From contig JAUCBJ010007107.1 in the NCBI GenBank assembly GCA_032718475.1, positions 1-64,000 on the forward strand: DNA of 64,000 bases, read 5' to 3'. Within the stretch, counting starts at the first letter, position 1. Each line of letters begins with the position of its first letter. Below the pieces are notes generated by a model that searched no databases, had not been told where the DNA came from, and saw nothing but the letters and a program-made list of their open reading frames with translations. Positions 46,790 to 60,109 of the stretch are shown here, one piece after another. Source of the stretch: Nemertoderma westbladi (lineage: Eukaryota > Animalia > Xenacoelomorpha). Both the position numbers and the translations under genes were made by a program.

Positions 46790-47919
46790 TGTAAAAGCTT
46801 TTGCGGGATATAACTGGCCCTTTTGCTTCGCAATCCAGTTTCCCTTAATGCGCTCAAATACTCTAAAGAAAAACTCCCTAACTCAAAGGATGAAAGCTAC
46901 CGGCTGATTGGCTGATTTGCCTAGCGACGGCCTCTTTGTTGGGTTCGATCAACCAACCAGAGCAAGGTCAACCAAGCAGAGCGATTCAGCCTTATGTTGG
47001 CTAAATCAATGTAATTGGCTGCAAAGGCTAGGGTGGTTTGGCATTTTAGACGATTTGGAACCTGTGGAATATGGAACTCTGCCAATGAGAGCTTTTCCTT
47101 TCTGTGTTGAAATCTACCTGCAGCAGCTCACAGGGTTCAGTGTGTTGGTTTTCCTGATGCCATGCACATCGGCCATGGAATTATTCTGAATTATTCCAAC
47201 ATTAGAACGTCTTTAATTATAAGATCACATAACTGTTACCGGTACTACGGTACATGACCAGCACTGGACAGCGTGAGGACCGGTACGGTACCTGCTGCTG
47301 TATTGCACATTATTTACTGCTATTTGCTGTTTGTTATTAAATGTATAATTCGTTTGCATATTGTTATTTGGAGAATAACTATAAACGATCAGAAACCCCG
47401 ATCTTCTTGATACACTAAGGTTAGAGAGACCGGCTACATATAGCAATTGCGGCTTATATTATCGTGGTTTGTAGTGTGTAGTGAATTGAATGCTATTTTA
47501 TAGGCCCTACAAATGCCGGTTGCTATTCTCTTTATATATGATTAAAATCAGTGACTATCGGCAATTCAGTGTGCAGCGGTGTGCAATAGTCTGTATGTGC
47601 TTGTCCGCGTAACAAAGCATCTCCTAAAGAATGCGTCTTATGTGTAACTTATAATCCATTCGTTGTGTTTAGTGTAAGCCATAGCTCTGTTTATATAGAT
47701 AGAGCGCCACGTCCTAAAGGAACTGCTAATATTTCCCGAAAGTGAATAATATTTGTCAGAGATTATATATTAACGATCAATCGAATAGTACGGTAGGCCT
47801 GCACCGCAATCAAATTAAAGCATCCGAATCCAGTCTCTCGGGTATATCCAGCGGGTGAATGGTCGCGCATAGACTGGCTTCGGCTAATGTTGGATTTATT
47901 TGTGTCAAATACTTGTCAT
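46790..47919 (+). repeat. First (3'-truncated) LTR of element 2
   Basis: Matches 49552 onward until acttgtcat, then jumps via tcat microhomology to the sequence equivalent to 58474. Confidence 0.92.
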
Positions 47920-47925
47920 TATAAT

Positions 47926-49473
47926 ATGGATAAACTTATATAGCAGATATGATTGAGTTGATAGAAGATGAGCTTGGTATCAGGGAGCGATATACTCTAC
48001 CTTTACAAGCGTTTGTTGATAGCTTGATACGCGGCGACGCTGGTCCAACTACTACGGAGGACGATGGTCGTTATATCTAACCGCCAATCTCCCGGGAGCA
48101 ACTTGCGCGTGGGTTGGACTGTAGAAAATTTACCGCTCGCTATACGCATCGTAATGGTATGTATATGGACTTCTTAACTACTGGTCATCCTATCGACCTA
48201 CACGATACGAACGATATAGACACCAAAAGGGAAATGGTTTTATTTAAATATCATACCCAGCGGAAGCGGAACGATAAAATGAGACTCGAACACGAAAATT
48301 CTATTCGAAACCGACTTGAAAGGAAGATGTTGAAGAGCCGGATAAACGCAGCGACTTCACCAAAATATCTGGAATTCTTGAGAGAAGCCTATCTTGATAT
48401 TACCAGTCAACAGAACCTAGAGACTCGATATCCTCAAGGTATACATCATGACCGCATGGTAGAACTCAAACAGCTCTATTCCACTATGATGTATCTTACC
48501 GTCGATCGACCGCTACCTGTTGTACCGGATAGCTTCGAACGGATGGAGGAATATTGTAAGCTGGAGAAAGATCACTCGCGTTTCCCCTATAAGACGTGCG
48601 TCTTTGGTATTATTGAGATGAATGCCCTAGACCCAACCAACAAACGGAAAGATATAAACATCCGCGGAGACGTTGCGCTAAACACGGTTTTACTCGCTAT
48701 ACTTACGGGAGTTTCGAGCGAAACTTGTTCGATGTATCACCTACGCTCGCTCGGCTCAAACGATCCTTAAATAAACCTATGATCAGAGTTCCGGAATACT
48801 CGATCAGACCTCCTCATTCCCTAGTGAGACCTCAAGCTCTTGATCTTAATAGTATGACGGATCCTCCTGAACTGTATTCATTGTTTAAAGATCTAGTGTT
48901 ACCCGAGCAATTAGTCGGTGGCACTCCGGTTGTGGGCTCCCTAAATATCCGCCCATCTTACCTGGCCGGATTGGGGCACGGACACCTGATATCGCCATTC
49001 AACCGTATAATCGTAATCGTCCCCGTTTAACACGATACAACCGTCATCAAGGTGGAGGAGAGCGTTGTATGAAACGAGTTAAACGCTATTCTACAAAGAT
49101 CAGAAAAGAAACCTACGTTTGTTCAGATAAACTTAAATTATAACGGCAAGTCCAAGCGGTAAACGGATTGGCTTTATCCCAGTTCGATTGGGAAATCCCG
49201 AATCTCTAAGACGATATTGAGCTTGGATGACCCTATTCTCGGCGAGAGTTTGGACGAACGTATCCAACGATGAGCGGAGGAAAATCAGCTCGAGGAGAAG
49301 CATATCGAAACGGCGGATACCCCGACCATAATCCTACACCTTATGATGCAATCACATTGCACCCTTCACCCAGGAGTTATGGCCCTCCTAGTAAAGTGGC
49401 TCCCCCCAAAGAGAAAAGGACTCTTGCTAGCTTTAAAAAACTGCGTAAACGCCGTCCACGCAAGACAGACTAA
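47926..49473 (+). pseudogene. Fragmented accessory 3' ORF of element 2, duplicate copy
   Basis: Identical ORF pieces (218, 101 and 67 aa) to 58484-60031, offset 10558. Confidence 0.6.
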
Positions 49474-49551
49474 CTGTTTAGAGTATTTTTATATTTTAGA
49501 AACTGTGATTTTTTATATTTTATAGAATTAAATCCCATTTTCTGGGAGCGG

Positions 49552-50759
49552 TGTAAAAGCTTTTGCGGGATATAACTGGCCCTTTTGCTTCGCAATCCAG
49601 TTTCCCTTAATGCGCTCAAATACTCTAAAGAAAAACTCCCTAACTCAAAGGATGAAAGCTACCGGCTGATTGGCTGATTTGCCTAGCGACGGCCTCTTTG
49701 TTGGGTTCGATCAACCAACCAGAGCAAGGTCAACCAAGCAGAGCGATTCAGCCTTATGTTGGCTAAATCAATGTAATTGGCTGCAAAGGCTAGGGTGGTT
49801 TGGCATTTTAGACGATTTGGAACCTGTGGAATATGGAACTCTGCCAATGAGAGCTTTTCCTTTCTGTGTTGAAATCTACCTGCAGCAGCTCACAGGGTTC
49901 AGTGTGTTGGTTTTCCTGATGCCATGAACATCGGCCATGGAATTATTCTGAATTATTCCAACATTAGAACGTCTTTAATTATAAGATCACATAACTGTTA
50001 TCGGTACTACGGTACATGACCAGCACTGGACAGCGTGAGGACCGGTACGGTACCTGCTGCTGTATTGCACATTATTTACTGCTATTTGCTGTTTGTTATT
50101 AAATGTATCATTCGTTTGCATATTGTTATTTGGAGAATAACTATAAACGATCAGAAACCCCGATCTTCTTGATACACTAAGGTTAGAGAGACCGGCTACA
50201 TATAGCAATTGCGGCTTATATTATCGTGGTTTGTAGTGTGTAGTGAATTGAATGCTATTTTATAGGCCCTACAAATGCCGGTTGCTATTCTCTTTATATA
50301 TGATTAAAATCAGTGACTATCGGCAATTCAGTGTGCAGCGGTGTGCAATAGTCTGTATGTGCTTGTCCGCGTAACAAAGCATCTCCTAAAGAATGCGTCT
50401 TATGTGTAACTTATAATCCATTCGTTGTGTTTAGTGTAAGCCATAGCTCTGTTTATATAGATAGAGCGCCACGTCCTAAAGGAACTGCTAATATTTCCCG
50501 AAAGTGAATAATATTTGTCAGAGATTATATATTAACGATCAATCGAATAGTACGGTAGGCCTGCACCGCAATCAAATTAAAGCATCCGAATCCAGTCTCC
50601 CGGGTATATCCAGCGGGTGAATGGTCGCGCATAGACTGGCTTCGGCTAATGTTGGATTTATTTGTGTCAAATACTTGTCATAGGCTAAAGTCGATTTATA
50701 ACCTAGAAGACATATAGATTTGGCGGGTTAAACTGCCAAAGGTCTTAAAAGCGCGAACA
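49552..50759 (+). repeat. Middle LTR of element 2 (5' LTR of the longer unit)
   Basis: tgtaaaagc...gcgcgaaca, preceded by tgggagcgg; appears identical to 60110-61317. Confidence 0.95.
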
Positions 50760-51039
50760 GTAACAGTTATAGCTTCTTGATTGCGGCGTAAGCAATCAAG
50801 TTGATAGTACCGGTCGACCGGTAACCAGTAGGCCTGACTGCCTGATCATCCGGACCGGTACTTACTTACAGTACAGGTACAGCAGTATTATTTCGAGTGT
50901 GATATATTGTATATTGTAGGCTGTTAGGGGATTAGGGATTGATCACCCCTTATTCCTTTGCATGGTTTACTTATTTCTGTCAGTTTTATTTACTAGTAGG
51001 CTAATATTGAGCAAAAGACGTGTAAACCTGCTCAGATTG

Positions 51040-51615
51040 TACAGATAATTTGTAGGCTGGACTGTTGTCTGACTGTTGATAGGTCTGAACGGATTGCAGT
51101 GCATGTAGAGTGTATGTCCGATAAAGTGCCGGTTAGAAATGTAGGGGCAGCCAGAGCTGTAAGGTAAATCCCCCACCGAAAGAATAAGTCGTACTACTAG
51201 GTTAGAACGCATACTAACTAACCATTTCGGAGTCTGCATGTCCTGTAGTTTATTTAGGCTTAATAGTAGTCTGCCAGCGTTTGGTCTGTACTTTGTTTGT
51301 GTAGTCTGTACGGGTAGCGTATAATTTTATTTAGATAATTTGTAGGCTGGATAGTTGTCTGACTGTTGTTGGGTTTGAGGAAATTTCGGTGTGTGTAGAG
51401 CATCTGTCCGATAAAGTGTTGGGAACGTAGGGGCTTCAAGTGCTGTGAGGTAAACCCCCTGTGAAGGAATAAGTCGTACTACTAGGTTAGAACGCATACT
51501 AACTAATCATTTCGGAGTCTGCATATACCGTAGTTTGTTTAGGCTTGATAGTAGTCTGTCAGTATTTGGTCTGCATTTTGTTTGAGTAGTTTGTACGCGT
51601 AGCGTAATATTTATT
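51040..51615 (+). repeat. Diverged duplication of about 290 bp in the leader of element 2
   Basis: agataatttgtaggctgga...gaataagtcgtactactaggttagaacgcatactaacta occurs twice (about 51043 and 51333). Confidence 0.8.
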
Positions 51616-52917
51616 ATTCAGAGTTTATGCGATTATTCGCAACATTCATATCCCCAAGTTTATTCCTACAGTAATTGTGTTTGTTATACATACCGTTATA
51701 GTTAAACTAACCCCGGTACTACATCAGGGCTGCTCGGCGTAGGTAAAGACTGGAGATTTTGTGCTTTGGTCACTCCGGCAGATACCGTGGTTCTTTTAGC
51801 TGTTCAAGTATTTTTAACTACTGATTATTTGTTGTACAAGTACTTGTACCTAATTTAGGGTTTAGTGTACAGTGCTTTCCGAAAGCAATTAGTGTGTAGG
51901 CAGTTTATTTGTGTTGTAAAGTGGTTAATAGGCACGTTGGTTCTGGTAGACCGCGGTAATTAATCTCTAGGTAGGAACACTCCGTGATACATAACGTAGT
52001 ACCTATAGCGATACGGTTATAGGTCGTCAGGCGGTGGTATTTTCCTATCTGGACAACGCAGTATATTTACTACTACTTATTATTTTCAAATACCGTAGTA
52101 ACCTGTCCGTCGTAATAACCAGATATTCTAACCCTTTGTTAGGCTGGTTTGTAGATTCCCTGTAAAATTACCCTAAAAATTCGTATTTGTGTATTTGTAA
52201 TTTTTGTGTTTATTTAGAGATTGTAATCTCACCCAGATTGTACGTAATTTGTAGTAATAAGTAACTTAGGTAAATTAGAATTATTTGTTTTAGTGTCCAA
52301 TAATTAGCACTTCACTGAGAGCGCACAGCTTTTGTGTAGTGATTAATTCCCAGAAATAATAACATCTATTTCAATATTGTAACAAAACCCCTCATACGGG
52401 TACATATAAATCCACTAAATCTATTAATAAAATAGTAGGCCTGTTATACAACAACTAGGTCTCAATATCAGTTGGACTACTGCTTAAATAACGGTAATAA
52501 AGTAAGTTAAAGTAACCAAGTAACCCTAAAATGTTCAGAAATTCAATTATTCTAAAATAATTGACATACCAGTATTTACCATAGGCTTATTATATTTATT
52601 TCTATAAATTTGAGCTGAAATCATACCGGTAATCTGTAATTAATTCTAGTCCATAATTATACTTATATATACTATCAGTGTAAGCTGTATACCGGTATTC
52701 ACGATAGGCCTATTATATATTTATATATATTTGTACTAAAATTATATACCGGTACTCTGTGACAAACCTAGTTTACAATACTTATATATACTATAAGTGT
52801 ATACCGGTATTCTAATATATTGTAATTAATTACCGGTACTAGGCTAACAGTGATACTGAATTACTAGACTTGCTTTGACTGTAATATAGCAGTAGGCATT
52901 CAACTGTACAATCAAAC

Positions 52918-54789
52918 ATGTCTGACACAAAACGGGCACTGTCAGATAGTTCGGATCCCCTTCTCATCCTTCCTGTAGCCGTACTCAAAAGGGTATTGAT
53001 TGCGGTGGAGGAGCACCAGATGGATTGGGCGAAAAGTGAGCGATCGACCAAGGATAGTTATGCGGGATACACGAAGGAGGAACTGAAGTCTATTGTCGAG
53101 ACGCAATGGAATTTCCCCGGACCCGGACTCCCGTTTAACTTATCGAAAGCTGGCTGGGAGGACTTATACAGGATGGGAGTGGTATGGAACACTAGGGATT
53201 CGGCTAGGTGGAAGGAGTCGGCAGCAGGATATGTACAGAGATTCTTCAGCTCTCTGTTGCGATTGGAGGAGCAGATGTTTCAGCGGCCTCACGGACCTCG
53301 GGAGCAGGAAGAGCTGTTTTATCAAGTTCGCGAACGAGTTCTGTGGATCAGACTAATTCTTTCAGCCTATAAGAAAGTCTCAAGGATAAGCCAAGATACG
53401 TCGTTGCGGGTCGCCGTAAAGACTTGGTTCTGGCGAGTGAGTCTTAAAGTCCAAGAAACGACTCAATGGAAAGCTCTGCTAACCGAGCACATGACCCAAG
53501 GAGAATCAACAGACGCTGTCTTTTCTCAAGTGGAAGGCGAAGCGACGGCAGAGAAACCTCAGAAGAAGGACGCAAGCGTTACGTCATCTGATGAAGGCGA
53601 TACCACTGATCCTGAAGGCGGAGGAAATAGATCTCGTTCCAACGGACGTAGAAGAATGCCTCACTGTCAGAAATTGCCTAATCTGCCCCCAGCTGGGAGA
53701 AGGCAACTAGCTCGCACAGACTTAGGTAGTACAGAACCCACAGACCAAATTATTACAGTAGAAAGACTCCCTACTGTAGTAGATGAGCCTGAAATAATTA
53801 GGCCTGTTCTTGAAATCACCCCTTCGGTGATAGAGACACCTGTGCTCCCAGAACCTGCCTATAAATTCCCTTCGTACAGTACTAAACTACCTGTGCCCAG
53901 TAGGACTGTTCCCGAGTCCGAACCCGTCCTGGACGCCGAGCGAGATATCAAGAATTTATCGCCCGTCGTCTCTCGCTCGCCCGCTACTACTTTGGCGACT
54001 CCCGCTTCGGCGGTTGAGTGGGTAGCTGAGGGACGACGGGAGATGGGTCTCCTGCTCAAGCAGCTGAGGGAACACTGTTTGTGCTCCTCTCAGCAGGTCC
54101 AGGAAATGGAAGAGACTGTTCAGCAGCTCAAGGGAACAGTAAGGGAAAGTAGGTTAGAGTTGCAAAAGGTGCAGCAAAGTATCGCGTTAGAACGCGATAA
54201 ATTAGTCAATTTACAAAAGGGTATACCACCACCCCCTGTAACAATGTGTCAACCCGTTAGGTCTGAAGTATCTCATGCGCAAGGTGTGGAGCCTACACGC
54301 ATCTATACTGCTAGTGAAGTAGAAACTCCTATAGTAAACCCTATTCAGGGTGATTATAAACCTGTTGATAATAATATTCCATATAGACCTGATCATAATC
54401 CGAGAAACTTATATACCGATAATTCTATATTCAATAATATGATGGCTCAAGAAAGTTTTACGCGTCAAATGGCTAGAACCGAAGCCCGTCAAGCGGTAAA
54501 GGTTGGAGAGATCGTCAAGTTCAATGGAGATGAGATGAAATGGTTACCTTTTAATGAATATTACAAAGATAACATACAGAATTCTGTGCTATCTAACGGA
54601 GAGAAACTCAGATACCTCATCGAATGCTTGGAAGGACCTCCCAAGTTAATGGCGTTAAAATTTATTGGACATCCAGATGGCTTAAGACAAGTTTGGGATA
54701 CATTAAACATCAGGTATGGTAATAGGACTAACATAGCTAGGTATTTAGGTATTTGGCGCCCCGAAAGTTTCTTAGCAGCGGGATTATAG
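52918..54789 (+). CDS. BEL/Pao Gag, N-terminal part (element 2), ends at a frameshift
   Basis: KFNGDEMKWLPF...LSNGEKLRYLIECLEGPP...YGN aligns with element 1 gag KFMGNHKHWRTF...EKFNYLLQML...YGN. Confidence 0.8.
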   Translation: MSDTKRALSDSSDPLLILPVAVLKRVLIAVEEHQMDWAKSERSTKDSYAGYTKEELKSIVETQWNFPGPGLPFNLSKAGWEDLYRMGVVWNTRDSARWKESAAGYVQRFFSSLLRLEEQMFQRPHGPREQEELFYQVRERVLWIRLILSAYKKVSRISQDTSLRVAVKTWFWRVSLKVQETTQWKALLTEHMTQGESTDAVFSQVEGEATAEKPQKKDASVTSSDEGDTTDPEGGGNRSRSNGRRRMPHCQKLPNLPPAGRRQLARTDLGSTEPTDQIITVERLPTVVDEPEIIRPVLEITPSVIETPVLPEPAYKFPSYSTKLPVPSRTVPESEPVLDAERDIKNLSPVVSRSPATTLATPASAVEWVAEGRREMGLLLKQLREHCLCSSQQVQEMEETVQQLKGTVRESRLELQKVQQSIALERDKLVNLQKGIPPPPVTMCQPVRSEVSHAQGVEPTRIYTASEVETPIVNPIQGDYKPVDNNIPYRPDHNPRNLYTDNSIFNNMMAQESFTRQMARTEARQAVKVGEIVKFNGDEMKWLPFNEYYKDNIQNSVLSNGEKLRYLIECLEGPPKLMALKFIGHPDGLRQVWDTLNIRYGNRTNIARYLGIWRPESFLAAGL

Positions 54790-56864
54790 AGTTTTCCGAT
54801 GAGATTCAGGAGATCTGTAGACAGCTAGATTGGTTAGGTAAGTCTCATGAATACCAGAACTCTATGGCTGTAGGAGCCTTAGCATCTACTTTACCAAAGG
54901 GTGGAGTAGGTACACGCTGGGACAAGAAAGTGTTATATATGATGGAACAACAACAACGAGACCCTACCATGGCTGATCTCATGTCATTCTTGGATGGCGA
55001 AGTGAAATTACAGCTCATAAAGCAGTCCAGAGAGAAAACACCGGAAAACAAGGTAAGTGAGAAACCCGTCTCTAGGAGAAAGGTAACACCAGTGTGTTAT
55101 ACAGACGACGGCGAAAGCCAGACTGCTCAAGGAGAGGATAGCGGGAAAGACACTGAAAGATCTTACTATGACAACAAAGCGACTAAGGACGTAAGTAAAT
55201 TCAAGTCTCGAACCAATGACAGGAGAGAACAGGTAAGAAAAACTCCTCCTACGTCTCCCAAGAGAATTCAGGTGAGAAAGCCCGAGGAAAGAACGAGCGT
55301 GCACCACACAGCACATGTTAAAGTAAGTAACATCAAGCCCAAATGTGTGTTGTGCGACGGGCCCCACCGTTTGAATATGTGTGGTAAATTCCTAAAGAAA
55401 TCATTAAAGGATAGACGTGAAGTCATGTGGGATAAGCGGTTGTGTTATAATTGCCTCAGACGAGGACACCAACGGCGAACCTGTTACTCCGACGCAAGGT
55501 GTGCGAAGTGCGGCGCGAAACATCATATTTTGTTGCACACCGAATTCGAAAGAAACAGCCCGAGTCAGGTAAGTGAGTCCAAACTACATGTCCAATTCAG
55601 TGATGTGAACGACACTGACCAAAGTTCTGAGATGGAAGGATTCTATACGGACGAATTCTCCGACCAAATTTCTGAAATGGAAGGATTCTATACGGACGAA
55701 TTCTCCGACCAAATTTCTGAAATGGAAGGATTCTATACGGACGAATTCTCAGACGAAAACGAATCCTGTTACTTAATAAATACCGCAGTGTATCGAGCAC
55801 TTACGTATGAGAAGGAAACCGACAGTGAGCTCCCCCTAACTACTTCTGACAGACAACCATCTTGGAAAGCGCCACCTTCCAATGTAGGAATCCGAGAATT
55901 TCCTGTAGTCCAGGTAAGGGTCCACGGACCTAAAAGGAGTTATGTAGTGAACACCCTCCTTGACTCCGGTAGTACAGGAACATTCATCGACAAAGAACTA
56001 GCCGAAGACATCTTTGCTGGCCAACCCAAGTTCCGAACTAAGCTAAACATGTCAGGAATTATGCCGGTTTGGAAATCTACAGTAACAGCGGATTATTATG
56101 TAGGTGCGTTGTCCACCCCCCAGGACGAACTAGGAGAACATAGCATAAGGTCAGTGAAAATGGTGGCAATAAAGAACTTCGCGACCAGCCAAGTGGAACC
56201 TTATAACTGGGATGAGGACGATTTCACCCAGCAGCTTGAAATACCTAGATTCAACACCGATTACCCTGGAGTCCAAATACTCATCGGTCAAAATGCGCAT
56301 GAAGCGCTCGAGACATTGGAGAAACGGCCTGCTCAACCGCAACCACTACAAGTCTATGCGGGAAGAACTAGAGTAGGTTGGTACTTTACTGGCCCTTCTC
56401 GTAGAACTCTTATAGAAAGATTACCAAAAGAACAGGTATATCAATTAAGTGAACGGGAAGTGGAGAGCAGTGAAGTTGACGACCCAACTGAGGGAACACC
56501 ATACTCCTCAGATAATGACGACATCAACTCCAATGTAGATCAATGGAGACATTGCCCCGAGACGATCAATCTAGCCGACATCGCCTCCAGAGGAGCAACT
56601 CCTCAAGAACTGATAGATACTCCAGCGTGGTTAGGTGGACCCGACTTCCTAAGTAAAGAAGATGAATGGCCTCCTCATCTTACCCCGGCTAAGATTAGAC
56701 AAGCCAATGGAGCGGAGAAAGTAACACAACCACTCAATCGCCCAGCTGGTCGTTTATGTTTACTGGAAAGAGACCGAAAACTGTCCGGAAACTATGGAAG
56801 GCAAGATACTCTTCCCACGACCACTTCCCTAATCCGACAAATATCTAGGGACTCCATAACGTAA
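54753..56864 (+). pseudogene. Gag C-terminus plus protease fused to the RNase H tail; RT and integrase deleted
   Basis: CVLCDGPHRLNMC, CYNCLRRGHQRRTC, CAKCGAKHHILLH, protease LLDSGS, then directly QWRHCPETINLADIASRG...WLGGPDFL; no YxDD or DDE core; 45-bp repeat SEMEGFYTDEFSDQI x3. Confidence 0.85.
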
Positions 56865-58483
56865 CAACATATGGAGCGGGTGTGTGACTATATTATTTAT
56901 ATTTGTTTTTTATTATTTTATATTATGTATGTATTATTATGTAATTTTATTATAATCGTTTTCTTTAATTTTATTTAGTAGAATGTTATTTTATCGATTA
57001 TTTAGTAGATTAGTGCAATATATTCGCGTTTATTAGTTAATTATGTATATTATATTTAGTGCGACGGCGAGAAATAATTATTTTTCTCTTTCCTTACTGT
57101 CCGTATCATATTATAAATACGTGACTACAGTAAGATGAAATATCCGTACTTATTAAAGTACAATAAAGCCACTACTATATTTAAGTATTATTGGTAGGCA
57201 GAGTATTAGGAATGCAAAGTTCAGATCCTCGTGTCTCGGCTAAACCAAGCTCTGGGTAGACCTTGGAAACGACTTGCCTCTTCACACTGACATTGCTTCG
57301 TGCGATATTGCTCTCATACCGTATATTAAATAATACATATAGTAGCGTGATGTATCTTTAACAGTAGCGTACAACGCAAATAAATCTGTTAAACCCTTTG
57401 ACCATCTGCAATTCTAGTCGATTAAGATATCGCGGCACCCACCGATATACTTGAAAGACAAAATTCTATAATCAGTGGTTAACGTCCCCAGACAAGTTCT
57501 GGAATAAACTGGTGCCCATCCTAAATATTAATTATTAATATTTACAAAATCTGTCAAATATCAGATCCTTTAAAATTCTAGTCGATTAAGATATCGTAGC
57601 ACTTACCGATACTCTTAAAAGGACAAAATTCCTAGAATCAAGGATCCAAGTCCCCAGACACGTTCTGGAATAAAATTGTGTCTATTTAACATTAAATAAT
57701 AAAATTTACGGGAATAAATTTAAATTCAGATATTTCAATGAATTTAATAAATTGTCATTTTATACAATTTATAACATTCCCAAAATTCCATTAATTAATA
57801 GATCATGGGAGCGGAGATTCACTCTATTAAGTGTATCAGTGTGCGAGAATCTCCAATGTATAGTCAATAGCCGATAAAATTCATAGAATCATGTGTAAAG
57901 GGGATATTGACAATTAAAGAATTACTATTAAATAGCATCCCAGATCTGTATGCATGAGAATTACCCTAATTCTACCGCTAGCTTTCCATAATGTCACCAT
58001 GGCAACAACCACGCTAGAATTAGAAGTGAGTTAAAAGAACAATAACAGGCTTGCCCATTGAATAGCATACGGAATAAATAGCACACCGCTAGTATCTAAA
58101 GATACATAATAACAAGGTGACATTCTGGAAGGCACTTGACTAATGGACAAATGACCCGAATGTGTGATAGAATGTGTACAATTTGTGACAGTTATGTGGA
58201 ATTTGTGCGTTTGTAGGTGAATGTTACTACTTAGGTGTGTTTACAGTAGCGAGTCGCAATTGTGAAAGTAACCCTAACTCTCCAGTAAGAACCTGAAGTA
58301 TATCTAAGCCTTTGGGACGGACGGTGGAGTGGCTCGTGCTGGTTGTTGTGGTCGTTGTGCAGCTACTACGTTGGCGATAGAAACAGCGGCGACAGTACAT
58401 CAGCGCTGAGGATCTCGCACTGTCCGGGGGCAGAGAGGGGTAGGCCGCGACGCCCGCTCGCCTAAATATAAACTCATTATAAT

Positions 58484-60031
58484 ATGGATAAACTTATATA
58501 GCAGATATGATTGAGTTGATAGAAGATGAGCTTGGTATCAGGGAGCGATATACTCTACCTTTACAAGCGTTTGTTGATAGCTTGATACGCGGCGACGCTG
58601 GTCCAACTACTACGGAGGACGATGGTCGTTATATCTAACCGCCAATCTCCCGGGAGCAACTTGCGCGTGGGTTGGACTGTAGAAAATTTACCGCTCGCTA
58701 TACGCATCGTAATGGTATGTATATGGACTTCTTAACTACTGGTCATCCTATCGACCTACACGATACGAACGATATAGACACCAAAAGGGAAATGGTTTTA
58801 TTTAAATATCATACCCAGCGGAAGCGGAACGATAAAATGAGACTCGAACACGAAAATTCTATTCGAAACCGACTTGAAAGGAAGATGTTGAAGAGCCGGA
58901 TAAACGCAGCGACTTCACCAAAATATCTGGAATTCTTGAGAGAAGCCTATCTTGATATTACCAGTCAACAGAACCTAGAGACTCGATATCCTCAAGGTAT
59001 ACATCATGACCGCATGGTAGAACTCAAACAGCTCTATTCCACTATGATGTATCTTACCGTCGATCGACCGCTACCTGTTGTACCGGATAGCTTCGAACGG
59101 ATGGAGGAATATTGTAAGCTGGAGAAAGATCACTCGCGTTTCCCCTATAAGACGTGCGTCTTTGGTATTATTGAGATGAATGCCCTAGACCCAACCAACA
59201 AACGGAAAGATATAAACATCCGCGGAGACGTTGCGCTAAACACGGTTTTACTCGCTATACTTACGGGAGTTTCGAGCGAAACTTGTTCGATGTATCACCT
59301 ACGCTCGCTCGGCTCAAACGATCCTTAAATAAACCTATGATCAGAGTTCCGGAATACTCGATCAGACCTCCTCATTCCCTAGTGAGACCTCAAGCTCTTG
59401 ATCTTAATAGTATGACGGATCCTCCTGAACTGTATTCATTGTTTAAAGATCTAGTGTTACCCGAGCAATTAGTCGGTGGCACTCCGGTTGTGGGCTCCCT
59501 AAATATCCGCCCATCTTACCTGGCCGGATTGGGGCACGGACACCTGATATCGCCATTCAACCGTATAATCGTAATCGTCCCCGTTTAACACGATACAACC
59601 GTCATCAAGGTGGAGGAGAGCGTTGTATGAAACGAGTTAAACGCTATTCTACAAAGATCAGAAAAGAAACCTACGTTTGTTCAGATAAACTTAAATTATA
59701 ACGGCAAGTCCAAGCGGTAAACGGATTGGCTTTATCCCAGTTCGATTGGGAAATCCCGAATCTCTAAGACGATATTGAGCTTGGATGACCCTATTCTCGG
59801 CGAGAGTTTGGACGAACGTATCCAACGATGAGCGGAGGAAAATCAGCTCGAGGAGAAGCATATCGAAACGGCGGATACCCCGACCATAATCCTACACCTT
59901 ATGATGCAATCACATTGCACCCTTCACCCAGGAGTTATGGCCCTCCTAGTAAAGTGGCTCCCCCCAAAGAGAAAAGGACTCTTGCTAGCTTTAAAAAACT
60001 GCGTAAACGCCGTCCACGCAAGACAGACTAA
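58484..60031 (+). pseudogene. Fragmented accessory 3' ORF of element 2
   Basis: Consecutive same-strand ORF pieces 58672-59328, 59283-59588 and 59828-60031 ending in a basic tail KKLRKRRPRKTD just before the 3' LTR; same position as ORF2 of element 1. Confidence 0.6.
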
Positions 60032-60109
60032 CTGTTTAGAGTATTTTTATATTTTAGAAACTGTGATTTTTTATATTTTATAGAATTAAATCCCATTTTC
60101 TGGGAGCGG

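Noticed and set aside
46908-47446. Short ORFs repeated three times (46908, 49670, 60228 and antisense partners)
   Set aside because: They lie inside LTR copies; repetition reflects LTR identity, not coding conservation
54735-54760. Programmed -1 frameshift in element 2 gag
   Set aside because: No X XXY YYZ slippery heptamer; the break lies inside the capsid-like region at a taggtattt direct repeat, and element 1 is continuous here, so a small indel is more likely
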